Positions 50,705 to 63,944 of a stretch of 64,000 nucleotides of DNA are shown piece after piece. Positions within the stretch are counted from its first letter, which is position 1, and each line of letters opens with the position of its first letter. The stretch comes from Yuukianura sp. NJ FZ-2021 (taxonomy: Eukaryota): positions 5,766,001 to 5,830,000 of the forward strand of contig CM102283.1 in assembly GCA_046563655.1 (NCBI GenBank), in the 5' to 3' direction. Made by a program: the position numbers and the translations under genes. The notes under the pieces were generated by a model. The model was not told the DNA's origin, did no database searches, and was given only the letters and a program-made list of their open reading frames with translations.

Positions 50705-53252
50705 ATGGGAAGAATAACAAGGAATAGCGCTGGAGGTAGTTCGTCAAGGATTGCATCTGCGAATTCTCCAGCGAATGTCATTGCACGAATGCATCTGAAT
50801 AACTCGACTCCGAAGCCTAAGCCGAAGCGAAGCCGTGTCAAGAAACCTAGAGAAAACGTACCGGAAAATCGAAGTGAAGGATGCAATAGTACGCCGGGGT
50901 TGGGACAAACATTCGACTTCGAAACTGAAGTTCCATTTGAATATTCTCCAAGACCAAACGGATTCGGGACGGTTCTGGAGTTTATGAAACGAGGGAACGA
51001 AAGCGTAAGACTTTTTGTTTCCTTTCTGTTATTCGTTCTATGGATGTTTATTAGGATTAATCGATTAACGTCCTGTTACTGATCCCAACAGGTAAAGGAG
51101 AATATTCTGCACGAATGCAATATCATTTTGGAATGCCGCGTATGTAACAATTTGTTCCGCTCACCCCGTGATTTCATAACCCATAAAACCAGTTACTGCT
51201 CTGAAAAGTACGAACGAATAAGCCCAGCGGGGATTACCGAACTCCTTCGACTTGCTCAGAACTCCTTCAAAGTCAACGAAAGTGCTAGTTCGGCTGTTTC
51301 TTTCTTGCCTCCGGTGGTCACCAATGCTGTTGACAATTTTCATCATGAGATTGGAACAGACAGTGAGCTTTCATTTGATGTTAATCATTTAGTTCCAATG
51401 TTGAAAACGGTGCTTCATCCGTGTCCTCCCAAGGAAAAACATGGCGTCAACTTTCAACCGGCGGAGGTGAAGCTTGAAACTGGTGTGGCAGCTGAGTATA
51501 CAAATGCCGGGATTTCTCGGACTACTAGGCAACTTCCAAGAGGATCCAACGGAGAACTCGAAATTCTGGGAAAGTACAAGAGCCAGAAGAGTGATAAGGC
51601 AGCCATTCTTGGAGCGGATGGGAAAGCAGCATTGGTTGGAAAACCAAGTAGCATACAGCTGATTGTTGATCGTCTCACTGCCCAGTGGGAGTCAAAACTC
51701 GATGAGTCCAAACCTAATCCTCTCAAGTGCCATGTTTGTAAGTGAACTTATGATAATATCACATGTACAAAATTAGTAATTCAGTCATCTAATTAGTAAC
51801 TTAGTATCTAAATACTTGTCGTTTGATATAACATTACAGGTCAAACAGCTTGCCCGAGTGAAAAATCACTTAGGAATCATGTCAGAAATGAGCACCAACG
51901 GGTCGCCGACAAGAATAAGCGTCAAAACAAACGTCCCATTGCATTTACTAAAGGTTCGTTGATGAAACGTTTGGCTCCAATACTTATTCAGTAGTCAGTA
52001 CTTATTGTATACTTATTGCCATACTATTTCTAATCTTCCAGACATTACAAAGATCTTACGGAGAAAGAAGAAACGGAGTTGTGTGATCCCAGCCGCTTTA
52101 AGGCCAAGAGTTGTATCGCAAAACAAGCAGAAAACTGTGAAAACCAAAACCATCTCTGCCAGTAGTAAGAAAAAAGTCAAGCCAGAGCCAACTCCGAGTG
52201 TATCATCTCCTCCTGTGTCTCCAAAGCCTACCAATACTGCTGTGATAGAAAGTAAACCGAAGGGGACTCCACCTCGAGTCTCTTCCTTCCGTCGCCTGAC
52301 CAATAACAGCTTCAGTGCTACGTTAACGACAAGTTCAGAGTCTGGGTCGATGCAAATACTTCCTTCACTGTCACTCCAGGAGTTGGGACCACCACAAAAG
52401 AAAACGCGGCAATCCAAATCCAAGGGCAAAGATGTCTCTCCATTGCCCTCACCTTCACTCAACGGTGATCATTGCTTGTCAGAAGAAACTCCAGACTACA
52501 AAGCCATGGCCAAAGCACTGTTTGTCACAGATAGGAAGGTTAGACGGAATTCCAAAACGAAAAGTATGAAAACTAGACGCACCAAGTCTACTAATGGATC
52601 ACCTAAGAAGCTCTCCTGCCTCAAGTGCTCAGCTGAATTTGATACTGAGAAGGAAATGTCAAGCCATTTGGGAAACTGTCATGGAAGTCAAAATAGCATA
52701 AACAAAATCGGGATTATTGATCGACATGACTATCTTAAGGGCAAGTCACGAGACAGACTGGAGACAACAGTAGTATCAAGCAGTCTTCCGTTTAACAACA
52801 ATGAGAATGAAGTGGTTAGTTCACAGAAAGTGGACTGCTCTAAAGATACAGTACAATCACTACCGCAAAAATCCTGTGAAACTACTGAAACTACATCCAA
52901 AACAGAACCAATGGAAATTGATAAAGAAAAGCCATTGGATATGAACGGGTGAGCACAATAACATTACAGAAGAACCGCTCTTTTAGCAACTATTGCCTCC
53001 TCACCGTTACTCCGTGAAAACTAATTTAGTTTTCGGAGGGTTTTGGGTGGCCCAATGCTAATGCTTCTGATCAGTCGAAATCAGGACGTTTGCGGTATTG
53101 TCCAACCCACAGCGACTTATTAAAAGAGGAGCCAACCAATCACCGAGTTGCTAAAAGCGGGGTTCTTCTGTACAGAGTTTTATGATTACTTAATTATGAT
53201 TAATCTAACCATGTTACGGTTATTTTATTATTGCAGTGAACTGGGAGTGTAA
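50705..53252 (+). CDS. C2H2 zinc-finger protein, ZNF800-like; stop at 52952, or via a probable last intron (52949-53236) at 53252
   Basis: ILHECNIILECRVCNNLFRSPRDFITHK..YC resembles the ZNF800 N-terminal finger. Further fingers are CHVCQTAC..EKSLRNHVRNEH and CLKCSAEF..EKEMSSHLGNCH. Confidence 0.82.
52965..53172. mobile_element. MITE, pogo/Tigger-like (TA-flanked TIRs)
   Basis: TA-CAGAAGAACCGCTCTTTTAGCAACT ... AGTTGCTAAAAGCGGGGTTCTTCTG-TA. Confidence 0.85.
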
Positions 53253-53745
53253 AACCGTAATCGTTATGGCCTCTTCCCGCCATCTTTGATTTGCTGCATT
53301 ATTATGGAAGATGGACGACGTTTTGAGAATTCTCCCTTTGGATCTCAGCTTCTACCTGAACAACATACAGTTTATACAGAAATATTATTAGGAGAGCTGT
53401 CCCAGAACTCTTATGGAAAAAAAAATTACTATTATTATTTGTATAATATAGCCACTATGTAGATAACGCTAACGTAGAAGTGTTAACGTTAATAGAAGCC
53501 ATACGCAAAAGTTGTTTTATTTTTAAAGGTATTAAACTTTTCAAAGTTAGCTAAACATCTAACTTTAACTATGAGCTCAAACCGTATTGGCGGGGAGAGA
53601 TTTCCGTTTGTAATCGACCTTGCCACGCGTTCAGTCGCTTATTGCTGATTCTCAGAGAAGACGAAGAGAATTCCAAAACTTTAAGACTCCGGAACTGGCT
53701 ATTCCCTGACTAAAAAGTGGGACAACAACTTAAATGTGCTTTTTC

Positions 53746-54895
53746 TCATTTATCGTCAATGAGAGATTTATCCAAGGCAATCCACTTGAACTTGCAATCC
53801 AAGAGGTCTGATTTTGAAAGTTTATGTAGATGGGCAAACTGAGATCGAGTGAAGGCTAATAGTAGTTCTAGTGACAACATTTGGTTGAGGAAGTCTTGTT
53901 GATCGGTAGCTGGTCTCTGCTGGAGAAAACGTCGCCAAAGTGCGCCTGGAAGATAAACAAGTAAAATCCAGTCAGGGTTAAAGTGTCCAAATTACAATTT
54001 CGGAGTAATTGCTAACCCGCCAATACACGATCACTTGACAGCAATCCTTCATCGTACGAAATCATTTGCGTATTGAATTCCTGCCCTAATTCTGAAACTT
54101 GAATTTTTCTGGCCGATGACAACGCTCCCTCCAATCGTTTGCTTCGGAAATCGACGTCCCGCCACATTGACTTTAGCATTGCATTTCTAGCTACTTTGCC
54201 ATCTTCACCTTCCTCCATCAGACGACACGACAGAAGCCAGATGTGAAGCTCCATTACGATAAACCATGATGCAAACGTATCCTCCAAATTGTACACTGAA
54301 ATTAGAGCAAAAGGTGAAGATAGTAATGCTAACGAGTCATTTATAAATACTTTTGTAACGTTTTGCAAACTGATTTACCTTCGAAGAAACGTTTGTAGTT
54401 CACCTCATCAGCGACCTTGATGAATAAAAACTGTCCAGATCCTCGCAAAATCTAGCAGAAGATTAAACTCTACGTAAATCAATCATTATTCATCTCAACT
54501 GTTGCATGACGATGACGTAGGCCACAAGCACAACCGATATTCGAATTGTACAGTGCCAGTACTAAACAATTATCACACCTTGCACTTACGCCTTTGCTAG
54601 TTTCTGTTTTCGGAAAACCGAGTCGGCGCCGCAGTGTCTGGAAAATGCTTTCGTCGTCATCCCTTGGTGAACCAATGGCATAATTTCTTGTGTAAATATT
54701 CTGCGGAAGCAATGAAATTGGCACTGGAGAATACTTCTGAAAACCGGTTCGTGTCCTCCAGGAGAAATGGTGGAGATGAAGAAATGTACATATCGACCTT
54801 GAGCATTGGAGTGGAAGAAATGGGGAAACCTTAATGAGAGACGGAAAGAGGAACGTGACACGGGGATTCCCAAGGAGTGAACATGTGTAAACCAT
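53746..54895 (-). CDS. UQCC1: Ubiquinol-cytochrome c reductase complex assembly factor 1 (Cbp3 family), 4 exons
   Basis: LEDTFASWFIVMELHIWLLSCRL, MWRDV and YDEGLLSSDRVLAGALWRRF, with a mitochondrial-presequence-like N-terminus. Confidence 0.92.
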
Positions 54896-56138
54896 GTCTA
54901 CAATTATTAATTAACAAACTAATTAACCACAGGGACTTTTACCGTTAAATGGAAAAAGGAAAGGAAAACGTGTTGTGTTTGTTTACTTTTTTCAAGCAGA
55001 TTTACTTCCCGCCTGATGTTACAAATTTTCTCTCGTAAGATCGTGTGATAAACGTGCATTTTTCTAACCCGGCCGGGTCCTCATCATCGGATGTCGGGGT
55101 CAACTTCATCAGGTCGAGTGACCGGAATGCTAAGTAGCACAAATAGTTTGTTAACTAATTAGTTAAGTTAATTTCCTAATGAGTGACGATTACCAGTACA
55201 TAGGTCAAATAGGGAACAATGACGGACACAACATGAAAGATGACAGGTGAATTAAACGAAATCGAAATGTTTTTAAAATGTACCAATGTACGGCAAATAT
55301 TTTGGTACGTCGTCGACTTTGTCCGACGCATCCGATTTATCCGAGGAAATGGATGGGTACTTTATATACTTAAATGCAAACTGCAATTCATTTGCATATT
55401 GCAAATTGCATGTGTGTGTTTTTAAAATGTTTAATGAATCAATACCGTTACAATTTTTTTCAAAATTTATCTTCTAGTTCCTCGTGCACCGAAAGAATGT
55501 GATACATTTGTAGTACTAGATTAGCTGAAGGAGAATTCCGAGGAATTTGGCTGTTGTGTTTTTTGAGTTTTTTGTTAAATTGGTCGATTGAAATAGAGGA
55601 TGAGTCATAGTTCGTCCCCACCGCATGGTCGAATTCCTGAATCACTCGTGACATCACAAAGCTTTTCAGCAGAATCATCCAAGGCGTCATCCACTCCAAC
55701 ACTAAAAAGATATATTCGATTAGTATGGAAAAGAGCATAGCATTGGCCGTAAGTAGCCATAGTATTTCGTAAAACCCCACAAACAGATGACATCACACAC
55801 CCACAAACGGCTCTTAAAGGCAGTGTAAAGTGCTAAAGTGGAACACTCAACAGGAAACAAAATAAAAAGCACTTGGCACTTTTCAAGTCAGTTTCACAAA
55901 GACCAGCTATTATCAACAACGTCACCACGTTCAGTTATTCAGTCAGGTAATCATTGATTGAACCTCCCATCACTTATTTTCTGCCTAACAAAAGAGGGGA
56001 AAAGCGATATCGTTACATAAACGTTAAGTACGTCCATTCTCTTCTATTGCTGGATTCACTGAAAAAGCAATTTCTGGAAGTTTCCACTCAACCAGGCCAT
56101 TGTTACCATTAAACTCAGCCCCCGGATTCGGAATTGTC

Positions 56139-57081
56139 ATGATGAACCATGTAAGTTACGAAAATTTACTCGATTAGAACGTACGATTTGTCAAAAATTA
56201 AATTACAACGTATTTTTAACTTTATAGTTTACTACAAACACAACTCCCACACTCACTCCTACTACATTACGGATTATCGAGGAGTTTGGAATTACCCCAA
56301 CGGATACCTCCGAAAGTACTGGTTCCTTTGTTCCACCACTTCCGTCGTCCAGTCAAGTACATGTGAACACATGGAACGGTGGGAGGATACTCAACAACAA
56401 CGATAACGAAGAAGAATCAGAACCAATGAAAGAAGCAAAGGCTGAACAACCGACGACAAAGAAACGTGGAGGTCGCCGTGCCACGGGTGGACGGAAACCA
56501 GCCACAAGTTCTAATTTGTCACCAGAAGAGGATGAACGACGTAAATTGCGGCGTGAAAGAAACAAGGAAGCCGCAGCGAGATGTCGGAAGCGACGTGTAG
56601 ACCATACTAATGCGCTCCAGGAGGTAAATTCACAGTTCAACGTCATAATTTTTATCGTTTGTGTTACGTTTCTCTTTAGAATCCTACATTTTTAATGTTT
56701 CTTTTTTAATGATTTTAGGAAACTGATCACCTGGAAGAGGTCAAACGGAGCTTACAAACGCGAATTACAAGACTTCAACACGAAAAGGAAGAATTAGAGT
56801 TCATTTTAGAAGCTCATGGTCCATGTAAAAAGGCTAACAACAATGTAAATGCAACCATTGCCAACCGACCCACTTCTCTTGACCTCAAAACACCGTCCAC
56901 GCCCAGTGCTGGTCTGGATATCGACTGCTGGAATTTGCCCACTGGACTTACGCCCATTGGCTTTACACCATCGGCTCTTATGACTCCAAATACTGCTGGA
57001 GCTATAATTTCTGGCCTTGGTCTCGTAAAGGAAGAAACGGGTGATGTTGGCAATGGAAATCCAGAGTTGAGAATGTTATGA
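56139..57081 (+). CDS. kay: Fos-family bZIP transcription factor (kayak-like); exons 56139-56150, 56228-56623, 56719-57081
   Basis: [11 protein letters not shown] and SFVPP N-terminal motifs, [29 protein letters not shown] basic region, zipper ending LEFILEAH, and RPTSL and TGLTP motifs. Confidence 0.88.
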
Positions 57082-58404
57082 CTCTGTGTATGAAATGAGG
57101 TTGGTGAGATTTTACACCGAACTGGATAATTCTAGTATCATGGTCCATTGTCTCAACTTATTAATATTTAAAGCATCATGGTACAATCATTATTTGTTAA
57201 ATTCCATTAATTAGTTTGCATATCCACCTTTTAAATCCTTACACTAGCCAGCACATAGTCAAAAACTGTTGTTTCCTATAACTTCTTTACCTTTTTGACT
57301 TTCTGAAAGGTACAAAGAATAAGACAGATATTTAGTTAATAGTTTTCAAATTCATTTGTATATGAAGTCATTGATTTACTATTAATAAAACTGTTATTGT
57401 TTGCTTTTACCTCGTGATGTAATGGAGTACGTTCTGAAAAATTAATTTAATTGGTTTAGAATGTTTACCGCAAAGTAATCGCTGATTCATTCGTCAAGAA
57501 CATGGATTGCCGCCCATATCTATAAAAAGTGGAGAACGCCCGTGTGTATAACCGTCTTCTTCACCAACATTTGCGGAGTTGAGATTCCAAAACTTTGGTT
57601 GAAGTTAGAAGCAATCGCATCAATTGTAAACGCCGCTGTCAATGTATTTGTATTGTAACCAAGTATGATCATTGGTTACCCAATTCACAAATGGACGGTT
57701 TATTCTTATGTTACCCTTTATGCTGCGTAGTTTCACATAGTAGATGTTGTATTCACTATGCTATATATTTATCCAAAACACTGACAACTTCGATGTAAGC
57801 GCCTATTGTAATAACCAATAACATTAATTAAGTGGTTAGGGTACGGTCCGAGCCGAGATCCTATCTAAGATCGGATCTTGGACTCCTCAGAATGTGTTGG
57901 GTTAAGTTTTTTATTATCAAACCTGACGTGACCACAGGTCGTGGGACAAAAATCATGCTCTCATTAAGCTGAACAGCTTTTGCAGAGGTCATTTTTAGGG
58001 GGTGGCTGAGGTCATATGGGTCATAAAAAATTTGGTAACTAACATGTACTGCGTTACTACTCTCCAACCTAGTATCACCAATACGACCTGACTTAAGTAG
58101 TACCTGACAGTGGCACAGTATGAAAGAATCCGAGATTCGATGTTTAGCCAGACCCGTAAAATGCAGCTTCGGCTCTCGGCGGTACTCGTTAGCGGTTCTG
58201 TTTACACTGTGCGGTTACAACTATGGTACTTTTGTCTCACTTCAACCAAAATATCAATTTCATTTCTAGCAAGGGTGTGCAGTACTAGTCAGAAGATCAG
58301 GCAGCAGAGGCTACAGCGACATTCGACAGTAACAAAATTTCAAGAGGTCAAACAGAGGTGAAGGTAATCGTTGTATTACGCTAGTTGACACGCATCAGAA
58401 AGCG

Positions 58405-59159
58405 ATGAACAGGCTTACTCGGATTCAACCTCATCGTCTTTTCAACGTCGCAGTGTAAGTTACTGCATGAAAGAAACGTTTATTATTATCATTCGTTGCC
58501 AACTTGGCTTGGCACTGATAGGGAAAGCTTCGTAGTCGCACGATGTTGCAGAATGCAGACTGTGACATCGGTAACATTTTGTTACCCTGTGTTCGTCTGC
58601 TAACTTTAAAAACTTTCCCGCCGACCTTTTTTTTCTCAATGAATTAAACGAGAAAAAAAGGGTCACGTGGAAAGTTTTTAAAGTTAGCAGACGAACACAC
58701 GGTACTGCAACTTGTAGTACGCTGGCTGGGCCTTAATACCAATACTAAATCTTTAAATCTTTTCATTTGATTAGTGGAACACGAACGATGGCATCGAATC
58801 CTACCCGTGGAGATGGATCTAGCATGAGTGACGGTGGGAGCGGCGGTGCTGGATCTGTGAGAGCTGCTGGTGGTAAATTCGCTGAACGTGAATCAGCACT
58901 GGAAAATGAATATTTTCATAAACTTGTAAGTAAAAAGTGTCTCATTGGAACGTTATCAACATGAAATTCATCTTGTAACTGCTTTACTCAACTTCATTTT
59001 TACTTTCAGCAAGCACAGCAGCTGAAGAAACTGAAGGAACACATTTCTGACGAAATCAAGCACCATGAGGATCAGATCAAGCGCCATAAGGAAGCCATTG
59101 AACGACACAAGCAGCGAACCAAGGACTTAGAAAAGGAGCACCAAAACCAAAAGCAATGA
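58405..59159 (+). CDS. ATP5IF1: Mitochondrial ATPase inhibitor IF1; exons 58405-58454, 58775-58925, 59010-59159
   Basis: GGSGGAGSVRAAGGKFAERESALENEYFHKLQAQQLKKLKEHISDEIKHHEDQIKRHKEAIERHK. Confidence 0.95.
58583..58704. mobile_element. MITE (TA-flanked, ~35-bp TIRs) in IF1 intron 1
   Basis: TACCCTGTGTTCGTCTGCTAACTTTAAAAACTTTCC ... GGAAAGTTTTTAAAGTTAGCAGACGAACACACGGTA. Confidence 0.88.
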
Positions 59160-60786
59160 AGTCTGCAAATGGAAAAGCTTGTGTCACCGAGAAAAGAATT
59201 GATTTAATTCGTAGAATTCGCCTAATCGGTGCCCATTACGTCCGATCGACTGCTGGACTACTCCACGAACCTTTTCTAGAAATTACACCTAAAATTGTCG
59301 AACCTTACCCCTTGAATTATTTCCTCTAAAGAAGTAGTAAATGATTAATAGCTAATTAACAATTCACACTGTTTTTTCGGTTTCTTGTCTCTTGTGGTCA
59401 TCTTTACCTCAAGCAGTTATGTTCATTCTGTTTCATTTTTTTTATTTCATGTAAGATTTAGTAGGAAGTGTACAGTGTAGCGGTGAGTTGTTTCTGTAAA
59501 AGAAAGTTGTGGCGTCGAGTCGTCTTGTGGGAGTACAATCATGATCGTTTCGTGTAAGCCACAACCCCATACACTGTACCTTTTAGCACTTTGAACTTGG
59601 GTAAACACACAACACGTTTCAGAAAAAGAATTGATGAAGTTTTTGTCATCTCAAATCCCCATAAATCCCCATGGGGGAATCGTCGAACAAGGGAAAGCGT
59701 AGTCTGAAGTACCGTGCGTTTTTTACGCATGTTTTTCGATAATGCTCGGGTAGTGGTGTGTCATCGCTTGAAGACTTCAAGCTGAAGTTGTAATTAAAAA
59801 AATGATAATCTTAATTAACTTCTTGTCCATAACTTGCGATTACTTTAATTAAACGTTTTCATTGGTTTTCAATGGCCTTTGACCGTATCGTTCCGGAGCA
59901 TTACTGGGGTGCGGCAGCATCCGGGGCCGGTTTTTCAAAAAATTGCGCGGAATTTAAGCAGAGTTCTCACGGTAAAACACACCTGTGCTGCTGTGGTTCG
60001 TAAATTACAATAAAAAGATTATCTTTCTCTTGTTTTGTTTTCGTATTAAAAAAGAAAATAGTAGGACATCAGAGACAAGATTACTACCGTGTGACTCGTT
60101 TGGCCACTTTTACATAAGTATTCAACAGTTGATGTCTTGTGCGGTGAGGACACTTCTTACTTCCTATCCCACTTTAGTGTGACTAATGAACTATCCGAAT
60201 CATTTCCTACTCTTGTGGTCGAAAAAACTTGACTCACAGGAAACTGGACTCCAGCAGCTGATCTAAACTGATACTCAACGTTAGGCTTAACTTACTTACT
60301 ATAAGGTGTCTTCTCAGCAAAGTTTGTAACTATCTAAAAATACAGTGTAATCTCATCACAAAGTGCCAGGTCAAATTCTAATTAGGTAAGATCACGATCA
60401 GAATGACGACGCAAAAATCTGTCAAGTAACACAATTCTGATCGTAGTGGGTACATGCGGGGTGCCTTTTATTTGAATAGCCTTACAAGCACGTGTAACGG
60501 CGTTAGGGTTCACCTAGGTCAAGTTTACCGTTTATGTTCAAGCCTCAAGTTTATTTGAATTCAGAGACTTTTTACAGTTATTTTGTAGAAGTTATCCTAA
60601 CTGAGGTCAAGCAGACGATTTTTACAATAAAGCTAATAAAATTCTTTTGACGTTTCAGATCTTCCAGTAAACTTCCTCCAGGCCGACATCGAATGCCATT
60701 CCTCGATCCAGAAAGTCAACGGTTGTGGTTATGGTCGTGCCTTTTAGTTCATGTTCAGTCCCTAACAACACTTGTAAATCAGTTGA

Positions 60787-63700
60787 ATGAGTGGAAAAAG
60801 TTCAGAGATTCGGGAGAGCGGAGTATGTTGGGGTCGTCATCGATGGTTTAAGAATAACAAGACATTTCCAATTTCTACTGAACCCGACGTCACTCAAAAC
60901 TTACCCATTTACCGTTCCAATTCAAATCAAGAAGAAGCAGAAGTCAATAGCAATTCTGAAGCGACTAGTAACTCCGGAGACGACAAAGAACTTCAGTCCG
61001 ATTTCGATAGAAATCAAAACCCAAGAGCTAGGATGAATCCAGACGAAGACACGGAGTATGTCAACATCGTTCCCTTTACGAAATACGATCAAGCAACCGT
61101 AAGTTCAACTTCTCACAACATTAAAATTGGGTAATCGTCTTACTTACAAGGTTACCTAAAAATTAAAAACTTAGAACGTATTTATGTTTACATTGACATG
61201 CCTGGATGAAAGCAATTTGCACTTGGTGACCCTGATTAAGTAGAACTAGCGTTAACTTTTTTTTCAAGGATTCATTATCAGTGTCGGTTTTTTAGTTGAA
61301 GTTCAACATGTCATCATCCCATCATGTCTCTCTTCCCACTTACATCGAAATGTTATCTTTTGGGCAGTATTCATCATTGCTGTTCTTGCAAGTGTATGGA
61401 ATATGGGTGCTAGGTACTATTTGTTTACTAGAATCATACTCTGGTGCTAGTAAACAGCTCCAAAAGAGATAGCTTTTGCCCAAATAGAGCGTAAAACAGA
61501 AAGTTAAAGAATGCTCACTAATAACAACTAAACATGTAGGTGAATGGTGGTGAATCGTTTGCACATCACAAATAAATCTCTACGTGCCTTATTTGGGAAG
61601 ATGAAGCCCTGCCCTTATGGATGTTGGCAGGGCTGACCTTCGCCTTACCCCATTTTTAAACACTGCGGAGAAGACCTTCTCTCACACCTATGTGTGCTAA
61701 TTGATTAACTCAGACATTAATTTCACCTTAGGCTCCGTCAGACTCACCAAGGTTGCAGGATTAATTTAATTTTAGACTAGAGCTATACAATAGGTAATAG
61801 CTCTAGTCTGAATTTTCCGGAGTCATCATTTATTGTTCCTGGGGAAAAATTTCGCAGGAAACGGAAAAGTCTCGTGTGATGTAATTTCGCATGCGCTGGG
61901 ATGTTCCCGACTACCATCGCATCTCATCGCAAAGTTGTTTTTAGTAGTAGTGGGCCATTTTAGTTGCTCTTTTGTTGCAATGGACTCCGGATGTCCTGAT
62001 GTTCCTAAAAAGTTCAGTCGGACAGTGACAGTGAAGTTAGAATTTCAGTAGTACTGGCTTGTCAGTTAATGTTTTCATACATTTCGGCGCTATTTTAAGA
62101 ATTTAAGAATCGTTTTGATGGAAGTGATGAGTAGTTACTGGTTTGGAATACTAAATGTTGAAATACGTTTTGGTCAGATCCATTAGGAATGTCATAATTA
62201 CTCCTTCTTTTCACCTTTGTAGCTTGATTACCAAATCATCACGGTCCAAGGTTGTGTAGTAAGTGTAGGCGGAATGGCGGAAACTTTTGTTTACACTTAA
62301 AGTGGCAGGAGGTGGACGAAAGACGTCGTGACTTTAAATGGGAGATGCTAAATTTTGGGCGTAGCTACTTGGAAACTTGGATTGCTTCAAGTTTCAAGTA
62401 AGGATAGGAGAGCGGACGTGATTTTGCATTCGACTTGAAGAAATTGGAGAACGGAGATGGTCGTCGTCCCAGGCGTAATGGAGGCATCAGTTTCGTAACT
62501 TTAGTCTTCTAGGCTCCGCAAGTTGATTCTTTGAGCAGTGCAGGAGTGCAATTCACACGGTTTCAGATTTGCGTTTAGTGGTACACGCGAAATTTCGGAA
62601 TTAGCATCACTTATCGTCAAAGTGTTGTTAAAGTGTAAACGAATGTTTTGAAGAAGAATTTAGAAATTTCAAATTCAGTTTTGGAAATGGTACATTACGT
62701 GGATTCTCGTAACGGAAGAAGCAGTGAACAGACAATGACAGTAGTAAATTCACTAGATGTGAATAAAAACAATCGGACACTTAAACCTGTCGGGGATTCC
62801 TTAAAACACAATGTAAGAAACCTAGATTTTAGTAAAAGTCGTGACCAGGTTTTAGGAATAGGTTAATTACCAGTTCATGTAGAAATAAATCATAAATCAA
62901 TGGCGTTAATTTTGTTACGTTTGGTGAAATGAGTACAGTAAAACACCTCAGTAATACTCTATAACATGAAAAAGTTTCAAATACATACACAGCTATGTTA
63001 AATTCACAGATTCTATTTCTGAAAGTCTTGATTTGTCTAAAATCCAAATACCTAAAAAAATATTTGTGTTTTGCCACCGTTAAGTGGAAGCGACAAAAGT
63101 GTTGCAAAATGGCAAAATGAGGGGTTTCGCTGTAATTTACAAATTCTAAACTTTTTTTTGTTTGTTTCAGGCTAAACAAAGGGCTTCCATAAAATGGCTC
63201 CTGAGCAAAGCCTACAACAACCAGACTCCGGATGACCTTGTGGAGCCCTTCTACAGGGACCATGAGGTACTTTATCACAAAACAATATGAAGAGAGTACG
63301 AATGTTGCCAGTATCATAAAAACACTATCAACAAGACGAATTGTGTCAGTTTAAAGGCCTCTTTGCCACGCCAAGTCGCGGTTTCTTGGGTTGTAATCAA
63401 AGTAATGGATCCAATTTGTCTCCACTGGCTACACCACCATTTGTCTCAACCCCCTTGAGCTTCCTGTTCCACTCTTCTGACATTTATAATTCAAAGGAAG
63501 CCATAAAGTACCCCCAATTCCATGTTAGGTAGTAAGAGGTGTGTGGTGTGTGCATAGGGAGATAACTTTGTTACGATTGATTACATGTCCAGGAAAAAAT
63601 GTAACTTGGCGGGTTGAGTCAAAAGGAGTGAATGGCAAATTGAACTTGACAGGTTTACCCGCCTCTGATGAAGATGAAGCTGAAATTTTGAAAAAATCCT

Positions 63701-63944
63701 AAGATTAACTTTAATTCTTTGTTTTCAGGGGGAGGAGCATTTGAAGCCGTTTATCGTGAAGGGCCTGTCGGATGCTGAATTGTACTGTCGTGCCCTGTGC
63801 AATTTGTATGCTGACCCCAATTACTCACAACTTAGTCCATGGGGTGTAGTTCAAGCAATGGCGAGGAAGGGGTCCTATGTCCAGACTCCCCACGACATGA
63901 CACTTACCGAAACTGTCCTTATCCAAAACAGACCTCTGCGGATT
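60787..63944 (+). CDS. Patronin: Patronin/CAMSAP, 5' part (continues past the window); exons 60787(or 61033)-61098, 63171-63266, 63729-63944
   Basis: Manual translation gives VNIVPFTKYDQAT|AKQRASIKWLLSKAYNNQTPDDLVEPFYRDHE|GEEHLKPFIV...ELYCRALCNLYADPNY...QAMARKG...LTETVLIQ, the Patronin N-terminal signature. The two diagnostic exons are not in the ORF track. Confidence 0.92.
61773..61810. repeat. Short inverted repeat in a Patronin intron
   Basis: AGACTAGAGCTAT ... ATAGCTCTAGTCT. Confidence 0.8.
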
